A stretch of DNA of 64,000 nucleotides from Nitrospinales bacterium (GTDB lineage: Bacteria > Nitrospinota > Nitrospinia > Nitrospinales > VA-1): assembly GCA_965223345.1 (NCBI GenBank), contig CBDCWG010000007.1:313302-377301 (forward strand). Direction: 5' to 3'. The notes beneath the pieces are model-generated. The model was not told the DNA's origin. It searched no databases and saw only the letters and a list, made by a program, of their open reading frames with translations. The translations under genes were made by a program, and so were the position numbers. Positions 30,001 through 37,461 of this stretch are shown piece by piece (position 1 is the stretch's first letter; every line of letters starts with the position of its first letter).

Positions 30001-30523
30001 GATCCCAGGTCAAACGAACGAACTCGTCCGTGCCCCGGCTGGTGAACTTATATTTTTCGCGGTTTTCTTTATCCAGAAACGGAAAACCGTCGTCCGCCCA
30101 CTGTTTCCAGCCAACGCGGATCATCGGATACTTGTTCCGATAAGGACCGTATGCGCGGCGGGGATACGTCATGCCACGCAGACACATGCGCGGGTTCCAC
30201 GCTGCGTCGGCCTGGTTGCCGTAAAGGTCGCGAACTTTGTGATGGTCGTAGTTCTGCTCGATACGCATCAGGATGCCGTTACGCACGAATCCACGCACGC
30301 GACACTGATGGGTGTCGTTCGGAGAACAACAATAGGTGAAGGACCGCTCATATTTATACTGATCGCGGTAAACTTCTTCCCATCGACGATCCGGATAGGA
30401 CTCCAGAGGGTTTCCTACCTTCACTACGGGCTTTAACTGAGCTCCTACTTTCTTGCTTGAAAGGGCCATAGCTGTCGCTACACCAGCACTCACCTGCAAG
30501 AATTTCCTTCTGTTTAACCTCAT
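27062..30523 (-). CDS. nxrA: Nitrite oxidoreductase alpha subunit (Mo-bis-PGD, Tat-exported)
   Basis: RRKFL Tat motif; CSPNDTHQC...MC FS0 site; NYTWHGDQAPG; periplasmic Nitrospira/Nitrospina/anammox-type architecture. Confidence 0.96.
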   Translation of the reverse strand: MRLNRRKFLQVSAGVATAMALSSKKVGAQLKPVVKVGNPLESYPDRRWEEVYRDQYKYERSFTYCCSPNDTHQCRVRGFVRNGILMRIEQNYDHHKVRDLYGNQADAAWNPRMCLRGMTYPRRAYGPYRNKYPMIRVGWKQWADDGFPFLDKENREKYKFTSRGTDEFVRLTWDQTFTYLAKGHVAVAKAYSGARGAQRLKNEGYQPEMIEAMGGSGPRTFKYRGGMGLLGVIGKYGIYRLGNQVALLDSIIRGRGPGQVLGGRAWSNYTWHGDQAPGHSWTHGMQTSDIDFADHRYAKMTIQWGKNLIENKMPEAHWYTEIMERGGTLVAIAPEYNPPATKADYWVPVRAGLSDISIFLGCAKIIMEEGLVDVDYVKEYTDMPLLVRTDTLIRLHPDDFIPGYKAQALPKDGSTTKWMANFNRDKMPDFVVWDTNSDKPVAINREDIGAKMRKKNIDPALDGVYDIKLVSGKTITVMPLYEMYKVHLKDYDLDTVYQISHAPKDLVLRLSRDIGTIKPVEIHYGEGINHYFHATMHNRASYVPLMLTGNVGPKGSGSHTWAGNYKAGNYQGSHWSGPGFAAMVAEDPFNTVLDPAKNIDWKNVKGYLKGEEVGYWAHRDKALVVNTPRYGRKVFTGRTHMPTPTKLVWYVNVNVINNAKWFYELVFNTNNNVDMIVAQDIEFTGSCEYSDIVLAPNSWAEFESYEITSACSNPFHQIWGGTGIKPIFDTIDDNLIHREFSKRLAEVTGDKRFADHMKVYEGEAPNRTKAMIRRVFTTSTTGMGYNIDDIINGKYGEPGCCLMLYRTYPRSPFWEMFTESKPFYTPNGRIQFYNDEPEAIEWGENFIVHREGPEATPYLPNVIVSTNPYIRPDDYGVPEDEQDPDLRHVRNIKKPWSAVRTTKNFLWEKGYRFYCVTPKSRHTAHSSWATTDWNMIWNNNFGDPYRMDKRSPGVGEWQVHMNPFLCKDLGINDGDYVYCDANPADRPYMGWKPSDPRYKVARLMLRAKYNPAYPYHTTMMKHATWIGTERTVKAHEERPDGRAMSMTTPYQSNFRYGGQQSITRSWLMPMHQTDSLFHKAKTKMKFLHGYEADNHAINAVPKETLVKFAKAEDGGLHGKGLWEPVRTGYTPESPLKDRFAEMYLAGQYVRVKI

Positions 30524-30702
30524 AAAACTTGCCCTCCCTTTTGGTTATTGGAAGCAATAACCAATGGAATTAATGTTTGAGCTCTGTTCACTACGGCATA
30601 CCTCCTGTATGCCTTCCGAATAATCCTCCCTTCTATACAAGAAAATTTTCAAATTCAACTCACTATCGTGGGTCATGGTTTCATCTACTTTGACCGGCCG
30701 GA

Positions 30703-31932
30703 TCAACCGACTCCGGCCCTCAACTCATAAACTTCGATGCAACGGTCACAGGCGCCGTCCTTGCTCTCCCAGTCCGGGAAATCGATCTGGATGGCTTCGA
30801 TGACCATTTCATCGCAGATACTCTCGGGATCGTCCACCCAGTTATAGGTGGGAAACTTGCACAACGGGCAAGGGGATCCCTGCAAATGAATGTAATCTCT
30901 CTCCTCTTCCGCAAAATCCGCTTCATCCACATACTTGGCCATCAGTGTGTCCAGATCGGTGGCCATCGACAACAGCTCTTCATGGGTGAACACTTCGGTG
31001 CGCCACAATCCTTCGAAGATACCCTTCCGCTGACCTTCCGGTATTTTGCGGTAGAAGTTGTCGAATTCGCGGTAGCGGGATTCCCTGGACATGACGGACA
31101 CCACGCCCATTCTGGCAAGCCGCGCGTCCACATACACATTCCACAACAGGCGAAAACGGGCGGTGATCATGTTCTTCACGGAGGGATTGCCGGGAATGAA
31201 GGAATCCTCGTAATCGAACTCGGGATCGACCATGTCCTTCGCATGCATGAACTCGTGGATGAGAAAGGCGTCCAGCTCCTGAACTTCTTCAGGGTTGCTG
31301 AACCGGCTCGCCAAAACCCGCATCTCGATGATCGGCTTGTTGGAGGTTCGCGACAACACGTTGGAACCCTCGTCCACCTTGTTGATCGCACGCTTGACCA
31401 TGACTCCCTGAATGCGCTCCTCAAAGTCACGCGCCAAATCGTAGGCCACCTCGCCTTCATCGACTTCGCTGGGGTTTGGATCTGGATCTTCGGAAGCTTG
31501 TAAATCTTGCGTTTCGGTGGGTTCAGGCTGATTTTCTTCGGCGGGGGTGTTTTCTAGGGTTTCGCCTTGGGATGCTTCCGGGGAAGAAGCGCCTTCTTCT
31601 AGGGTTTCGCCGGGCGTTTCTTCCGCTGATGGTTCTTCTGAGGGGCGGGACTGAAGAGCTTTGTTGCGGCCGATGGAACGCTGGCTCTTGGGAATGAGAC
31701 CGACGGCCTCCAAAGCTCTGAGCACGTGATCCCCGAGTTTCAGTTTCTCTATAAAGAATAGGCGGTTTACCTTCTCGAACGCCTCTTCGCGATCGTCCTC
31801 GGGGAGTTCGTATATGGGGTCCGCAAGGGAATGGTACTCATCGTAGTCGGCACGGAAACCGGAACGCTCGTGGTGGTTCAGGTGCCTGAATACGGCTTCT
31901 TCCATCAATTGCGGGCTGTAGGTGACTTTCAT
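30703..31932 (-). CDS. Uncharacterised HExxH and C4 zinc-finger protein upstream of nxrA
   Basis: FLIHEFMHAKDMVDP; CPLC...CDRC; acidic low-complexity insert. Confidence 0.85.
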   Translation of the reverse strand: MKVTYSPQLMEEAVFRHLNHHERSGFRADYDEYHSLADPIYELPEDDREEAFEKVNRLFFIEKLKLGDHVLRALEAVGLIPKSQRSIGRNKALQSRPSEEPSAEETPGETLEEGASSPEASQGETLENTPAEENQPEPTETQDLQASEDPDPNPSEVDEGEVAYDLARDFEERIQGVMVKRAINKVDEGSNVLSRTSNKPIIEMRVLASRFSNPEEVQELDAFLIHEFMHAKDMVDPEFDYEDSFIPGNPSVKNMITARFRLLWNVYVDARLARMGVVSVMSRESRYREFDNFYRKIPEGQRKGIFEGLWRTEVFTHEELLSMATDLDTLMAKYVDEADFAEEERDYIHLQGSPCPLCKFPTYNWVDDPESICDEMVIEAIQIDFPDWESKDGACDRCIEVYELRAGVG

Positions 31933-32014
31933 CTGCCCAATTCTATAAAGATATAGCGATCAGCGTGCAATAAAGATAACGATTTCCCGGCGCATCTTTT
32001 ACCCTAGATGGACT

Positions 32015-32045
32015 AAGTTATATGTAACTTCAAAGCGGTTGTCAA
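32015..32045 (-). promoter_or_regulatory. Sigma70 promoter with an overlapping palindrome, upstream of the nxr cluster
   Basis: Minus-strand TTGACA (32045-32040), 17 bp, TATAAC (32022-32017); palindrome AAGTTATATGTAACTT at 32015-32030. Confidence 0.7.
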
Positions 32046-32363
32046 GACAAACCCATCATTTTTTTTGGGGAAAAACTGGGGAAAAACCCTGAATTTTCCC
32101 GCCCCTTGCGTCGCCTGAGCGGGCCAACTCCCACCCATCGTTCAATTTTTCGACAACCTTTTGATAATTAAAACCTTTCCACAGAAATGAGCCCGCTTCG
32201 AATGATTTTTCATACTCTTTCGAACCGCCCTCTGCGTTTGCAATCTCACAATCTGCATGGATTATCACAATTCCTAACAAAACGGCGCCGCCGAATCGAA
32301 AAGTCAGGCCGTCTGAATTCATAGCCTTTTGCGCCACGGTGGGTTTTCGCCCGTTCGGATATC

Positions 32364-34961
32364 CTATTTTTTGTCGATGGTATCCTTCAGTTCGTCGATT
32401 TCCCGGATCGCATTCATGATATGCTCGGGATCTCCCAGCTTTCGCGCCACCTCCCGGGCCTGCTCGAGGTATTTCTCGCATTCGTCCTTCCGGCTGATGA
32501 GGATTTCCATGCGGGAGACGGTCAAAAAGAGCTGGATCTGGTGTGAAAGCGCGTCCGCTTTGGCAAACTGCTCTGCGGCCTGATCGAAATAGGATTCGGC
32601 CTTCTCCAACTCAAGTTCCTTGAAATGCAGGTTGCCCAGATAGGTGAGATCCTGGGCGCAGCCGAGATGATCGCCGATTTCCTGAGTCAACTGCAGCGCC
32701 TTGAGATACAGATCCCTCGCCTGATCCCGCTGGCCGTTGCTGAAACTCAGGTTGGCCAGGTTGCGGTGATCCTCCGCCATGCCTTTCTTATCGCCCAGTT
32801 TTTCCACAATATTAAAGGATTCCCGATATTGGGCCTCGGCTTTTTCCTTGTACCCGCGGTCCAGGTAATAGCGGCCCAGATTTCTCAGGTCGATGCAGAT
32901 TTCCTTGCTGTCCTTCAGAGCCCGGGCGTTTTCGAGGGCCTTTTCCAGATAGGTCTGCTGTTTGACCCGGTCTTTCTTCTCGGAGTAGATGTTGGCCAGA
33001 TTGCGGCAGTCGTAGCAGGCGGATCGCAAGCTTTTGCTTTCCTCGGCGATTTCCAGCGCCTTGAGGGCGTATTTCTCGGCCTGGTTCCAGTCCTCCTTCT
33101 GGACGTACAAGGCGTACTGGTTGCGGTAATCCTCGCTCATTTCCAGGCGGTTGCCCATCTGCTCGTTGAGCTTTAAGGCCTCCAGGTAGTTGCGCTCGGC
33201 GCCGGCCCAGTCGGTCTTTTGCAGGCACATGTCGCCGAGATTACGGTGGTCGAGCATCTGCCCCGGCGTGTCGCCCTGACTCTCGTGCAGGGCGATGGTT
33301 TTTTTCATCAGCTTTTCGGCGGCGTCCAGCTTGCCCAGTTGAGCGAGTATTTTGGCGCGGTTGCGGTACAACTCGCCGAGCCCCTGCCTGTCTTTGAGTT
33401 TTTCCTTGATGCTGATCGCCTGGGCCAGGGTCTCACCGGCTTTCTGGAACTCCTTTTTCTCCTGCAGCACGCTGCCCAGGCCTTCCAACGCGGCGGCTTT
33501 GGAGGCTTCGTCCTTATCACCCAGCAAAGCGATGGCCTCCTCGAAGGCGGCCGCGGAGGGGTCGAGCTCTCCCGCCATGAACTGCACGTTGGCCAGCTCC
33601 ATCAGCATTCCCACTTTGTTAGCGGGGTCTTTTTCGAGATTCGGGTCTGCAAGCTGCTTTTTGATGTCTTCCCGCCGCTGCGACAGGTATTTGGGCTGCG
33701 CCATGATGAAGACGAGCTTGTCCTGCACCTGCTGGGTGCTGCGGCTGTCCTTCATGGCGTCGTAGAGGGCGTTGGCGCGGGTGAGGTAGGACTCGGCCTC
33801 GCCGTATTCCTCCTTTTTCATGAGGATGTCGCCGATGGCTTCGCATTGCTGCGCCATGCCGGGCCGGTTTTCCAGGGCCTCCATGATCTCCAGCGACTGC
33901 CGGTACAGCTCCAGCGCCGGCTCCCACTGCTCCTGCAGGGTGCGCACCTGCCCGAGATTGGCGAAGCTTCTCGCCTCCCCCAACGCATCGCCGAGGGAAT
34001 TCATGATCTTGCGGGAATCCTCGTAATACTGCAGGGCCTGATCGAGTTCTTTTTTGTGCAGGCAGATGTTGCCGAGGCTTCCCAGAAGGTAGGACTGCCG
34101 CCGCTGGTCTTTGCCCTCCTGCACGATCTTCAGGGCCTTGCGGAAGTTCTCCTCGGCGTGATCGAGGTTTTCCTTGCCGCCGGTCTGCGCCAGCTGCAGG
34201 TAAGCGCCGCCCAGATTGCCGTAGCAGATGCCCGCCGACTGCGTGTCGCCCAGTTGCTCGAACAGCTGGATGGATTTCTGAATGGTGTCGGCGACCTTGT
34301 CCATGCGCGAGGATTTGAAATAGATCTCTTCCAGTTCCTGGTAACGCGCCAGCAATCCCTTCTTGTCGTCCGACTGCGTCAGGCTGTCGATGGTTTTCAG
34401 CAGCGCGTTTTCCTGCTGCTCGAGATAACGGGTGTTCTTCTGGATGGAGTCGATTTTTTCCTGCAGGGCCTGGATGCGGCCGGCTTCCTTTTCCGCGTCG
34501 AGACAGCCCTGGGCCTTGGCGAAATAATCCTTGGCGGTGTCGAATTCCTCTTTCTGCATGTGCACGTTGCCGAGATACTCGTAATAGACGCCCTGACCGC
34601 CGGTGTCGTTGGCCTTGACCATGAGCTGCAACGCTTTGTGGTAGTTTTCCTCGGCCTTGTCGAGACTGCCCTTGTACAGATACACCGAGCCGAGATTGCC
34701 GAGCGAGCTTTCGATGCCCTTTACGTCCTCCACCTTCTCCATCAGCGCCAGCGACTGGGAATAGTAGTCCTCGGCCTTGTCCAGCTTGCGGCTTTGGAAA
34801 CAGATGTTTCCCAGATTGCCGAGCACGTAGGCCTGGCCCGCTTCGTCTCCCGACTGGTGCATCAATTTCAGGGCTTTGAGAAAATGGGATTCCGCTTCCT
34901 GCAGGTTGTTTTTTTCCAGCGAGGCGTATCCGAGCTTTTCGTATTTTCTTCCGTCGTCCAT
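32364..34961 (-). CDS. Large all-TPR protein
   Basis: Many LGNLG...A..YY..AL TPR units; start taken at MDDGRK. Confidence 0.9.
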   Translation of the reverse strand: MDDGRKYEKLGYASLEKNNLQEAESHFLKALKLMHQSGDEAGQAYVLGNLGNICFQSRKLDKAEDYYSQSLALMEKVEDVKGIESSLGNLGSVYLYKGSLDKAEENYHKALQLMVKANDTGGQGVYYEYLGNVHMQKEEFDTAKDYFAKAQGCLDAEKEAGRIQALQEKIDSIQKNTRYLEQQENALLKTIDSLTQSDDKKGLLARYQELEEIYFKSSRMDKVADTIQKSIQLFEQLGDTQSAGICYGNLGGAYLQLAQTGGKENLDHAEENFRKALKIVQEGKDQRRQSYLLGSLGNICLHKKELDQALQYYEDSRKIMNSLGDALGEARSFANLGQVRTLQEQWEPALELYRQSLEIMEALENRPGMAQQCEAIGDILMKKEEYGEAESYLTRANALYDAMKDSRSTQQVQDKLVFIMAQPKYLSQRREDIKKQLADPNLEKDPANKVGMLMELANVQFMAGELDPSAAAFEEAIALLGDKDEASKAAALEGLGSVLQEKKEFQKAGETLAQAISIKEKLKDRQGLGELYRNRAKILAQLGKLDAAEKLMKKTIALHESQGDTPGQMLDHRNLGDMCLQKTDWAGAERNYLEALKLNEQMGNRLEMSEDYRNQYALYVQKEDWNQAEKYALKALEIAEESKSLRSACYDCRNLANIYSEKKDRVKQQTYLEKALENARALKDSKEICIDLRNLGRYYLDRGYKEKAEAQYRESFNIVEKLGDKKGMAEDHRNLANLSFSNGQRDQARDLYLKALQLTQEIGDHLGCAQDLTYLGNLHFKELELEKAESYFDQAAEQFAKADALSHQIQLFLTVSRMEILISRKDECEKYLEQAREVARKLGDPEHIMNAIREIDELKDTIDKK

Positions 34962-35243
34962 CGGGCAATCACTCGTAGAGGTTGATATCTTCAGTTTCGT
35001 CAGGGAATCGGGACCGCTGCGATCCACAGAAATGCGGGAACCTTTCTGCGTGCGCGCCGATAAAAGGTCCAGGTCTTGATGTTGAAAGTGAATGATATCG
35101 AATTATATTGCCCGGATAGAGTGCTGTCAATATGAGGTCCAAGGGGTGGACCGGAAACATTATAGCGCATCCGATAAAAAAAGTATTTGTTTTTTGGGTA
35201 GTCTCTATCGTTTCGCTAAAATCGGCGCGCAGGCAAGCAGGCA

Positions 35244-35273
35244 TTGACAGTGAGCCGATGCGCTTTCTATAAT
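35244..35273 (+). promoter_or_regulatory. Consensus sigma70 promoter
   Basis: TTGACA, 18 bp spacer, TATAAT. Confidence 0.75.
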
Positions 35274-35309
35274 CGCTGTTTGTTTTCCCCTCAACTTTTA
35301 ATCCGCACT

Positions 35310-37280
35310 ATGCCCGAAATCGAAAAGCTCGTATCCATTCTCAAACGTCCGGACTGTCTCACGTTCGAATCCAGCAGCCACGCCGCCGAAGCGCTCAGCG
35401 CCTGTCAGGACACGCTCAAACACAGCGTCCTTGATGGGGCCAGCTATTGGCACGAAGGCGAGGAGCCGGGAGCGGCGACAACGCGGATCAAAATCTACCC
35501 CACCGGGCACAAGGCCTTTTACTCGCCGGAGGGGATGCGCTTTCTCACCACCGACCCGGAAGGCGAGCCGCTCAACGAAAGCGACTGGCAGCCCGGTGCG
35601 GACGGCGGGCAGCGGCTGGCGCGGGTGCGCATGCAGCTCGACTCGAAACAGTGGATCGGGCTGGTGCCGAAAGCCAAGTCGTTCAAGACTGAGATCGACA
35701 TCAAGGGGCAGCCGGGCTGGCAGGAGATGGAGCTGGACGATCTGCGTAAAAAGGCCGCCGAGGCCTGGCGGGTGCCGTTTTCGGAGGTGAAGTACTTCTA
35801 CAACGACGACAACATCATACCCAAGGGCGAAGGCAAGTACGAGATCCACCTGACCAAGGACAGCCTGTACGCCCTGGGCGAGCCCGCTTTCGGCGACAAA
35901 AAGCTGTTCATGAGCTTTCTGTTCACGGTCAACTGGGAAAAGCTGGACCTGATTCCGGTGGTGGAGCTGTTCCAATCGACGCTGCCGGGAAGCGGCGGCG
36001 CGTGTTTCGAGTACATCTGGGGCCTGCACGAGGACCAGTCGCGCTCAATGAAGCTGGAGTCTTTGCGCTACCGGGGGCTGCCCACCTACCCCTCCAAGGA
36101 AGCCTTCAACATTTTCTGCGCGTTTTTCACGCCCCAGGCGCCGGAAGGCACGAAAACCTCCGACATCTACAAGATCTTCAACGATCCGGACACCTCGCAC
36201 CAGATCGAATGGAAGCCCAAACCCAATCCGCCCTGGCGTTACTTCAGCGCCTCGCACGAGCTGACGCTGACCATCCAGGATGGAAACCTGTACAAAGTCT
36301 CGGTGCACAACGATCCGGTGCCGATCCCGTTCGTCAACCGGGCGCTGGGCGGCAAACCCTCGTGCCAGCGCGAGCTGACGGTGCAGACCAACGCGTTCGA
36401 GCTGATCGACGGGCAGCGGGTGCGGGAGATCCCGTTTCACCCGGTCTGGCCCATCAAACCGCAGACCGATCCGCCGCGCCCGCCCGAAAAGGTGCCGTTC
36501 GACTGGAAATGGTTCTTCAACGGCTTCCCGCCGCAGGTGGACCCGGTGAAAGCGCTGTACACGGTGCCGTTTTATCCCGAGGGGGCGCAGGAGATCGACG
36601 AGGCGTCGCTGCAGCCGATGGTGCTGGACCAGATCTTCTATTACATGGAAATGTCGCCGGGGATGCCGGCCAAGCTGGAAAAGGTCAAGAAGGTCCTCAT
36701 CCACACCTTCGACACGGTGATCGCGGGCTGTGTGGACTGCACGCACGAGCGGGAATACACGGTGCTGTTCAGCGATCCGGAATTCGCGCAGAAAAACGCC
36801 TGCCTGCTGTGGAACTACGGAGCCAAGCGCAACCAGCTGGACAATCTGAAAAAGGTCTCGTTCCTGCCGGAACGGGAAAACATCCAGGAGGTTTACAAGG
36901 AGAAGTACGGGCTGGTGTTCAAATGGATCCCGTTCATGTATTTCCAAGACCGCGACGCCTGCGAAAGCATGCTGCAGGCGCTGGTGAACATCCTGCTGCC
37001 GGAGGGCATCCTGTTTCTGGTGGCGCCCAAGCCGATTCAGGGGCTGTTCGCCCATTACGGCCTCGAATGCCTGTACAACGACCCCGTGGTCAACATGCCG
37101 TTCTTCAGACAGCACCTGAAGATGTGCCCGGAAAACTTCGTGAACCCGGAACTCGCGGTGTTCCTGGCCGAGAAGAAAGAGGTCTCCAAACCCGAGGAAG
37201 CCCCCCCTGCCCCGGCCGAAAAAGAGCTGCCCGGCGCACCGCGGCCGATGATCCGGGATTTCCAGCGAAAAATCAACTGA
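35310..37280 (+). CDS. Hypothetical protein, possible degenerate methyltransferase-like C-terminus
   Basis: 656-aa ORF with host codon usage behind a consensus promoter. Confidence 0.8.
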   Translation: MPEIEKLVSILKRPDCLTFESSSHAAEALSACQDTLKHSVLDGASYWHEGEEPGAATTRIKIYPTGHKAFYSPEGMRFLTTDPEGEPLNESDWQPGADGGQRLARVRMQLDSKQWIGLVPKAKSFKTEIDIKGQPGWQEMELDDLRKKAAEAWRVPFSEVKYFYNDDNIIPKGEGKYEIHLTKDSLYALGEPAFGDKKLFMSFLFTVNWEKLDLIPVVELFQSTLPGSGGACFEYIWGLHEDQSRSMKLESLRYRGLPTYPSKEAFNIFCAFFTPQAPEGTKTSDIYKIFNDPDTSHQIEWKPKPNPPWRYFSASHELTLTIQDGNLYKVSVHNDPVPIPFVNRALGGKPSCQRELTVQTNAFELIDGQRVREIPFHPVWPIKPQTDPPRPPEKVPFDWKWFFNGFPPQVDPVKALYTVPFYPEGAQEIDEASLQPMVLDQIFYYMEMSPGMPAKLEKVKKVLIHTFDTVIAGCVDCTHEREYTVLFSDPEFAQKNACLLWNYGAKRNQLDNLKKVSFLPERENIQEVYKEKYGLVFKWIPFMYFQDRDACESMLQALVNILLPEGILFLVAPKPIQGLFAHYGLECLYNDPVVNMPFFRQHLKMCPENFVNPELAVFLAEKKEVSKPEEAPPAPAEKELPGAPRPMIRDFQRKIN

Positions 37281-37461
37281 CCGCAAGGACTTACCCCGCA
37301 TTGCCTCAGAACGGGGCTTTAAGAAATAACTTTAATAAAATCAGATAGTTAAAATAAGACGCTCTATTGAGTTCCAATGGGCGATCAAGTGCCCTGCCCC
37401 AAAAACGGTCCTCGGGCTTCTATCTCCGGGTGTCAATCGAGGGGAAAACGGGGTGGCAAAA

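Noticed and set aside
32056..32481. 141-aa minus-strand ORF between the TPR gene and the nxr promoter
   Set aside because: It overlaps the TPR gene end, has atypical composition and no RBS; more likely promoter DNA.
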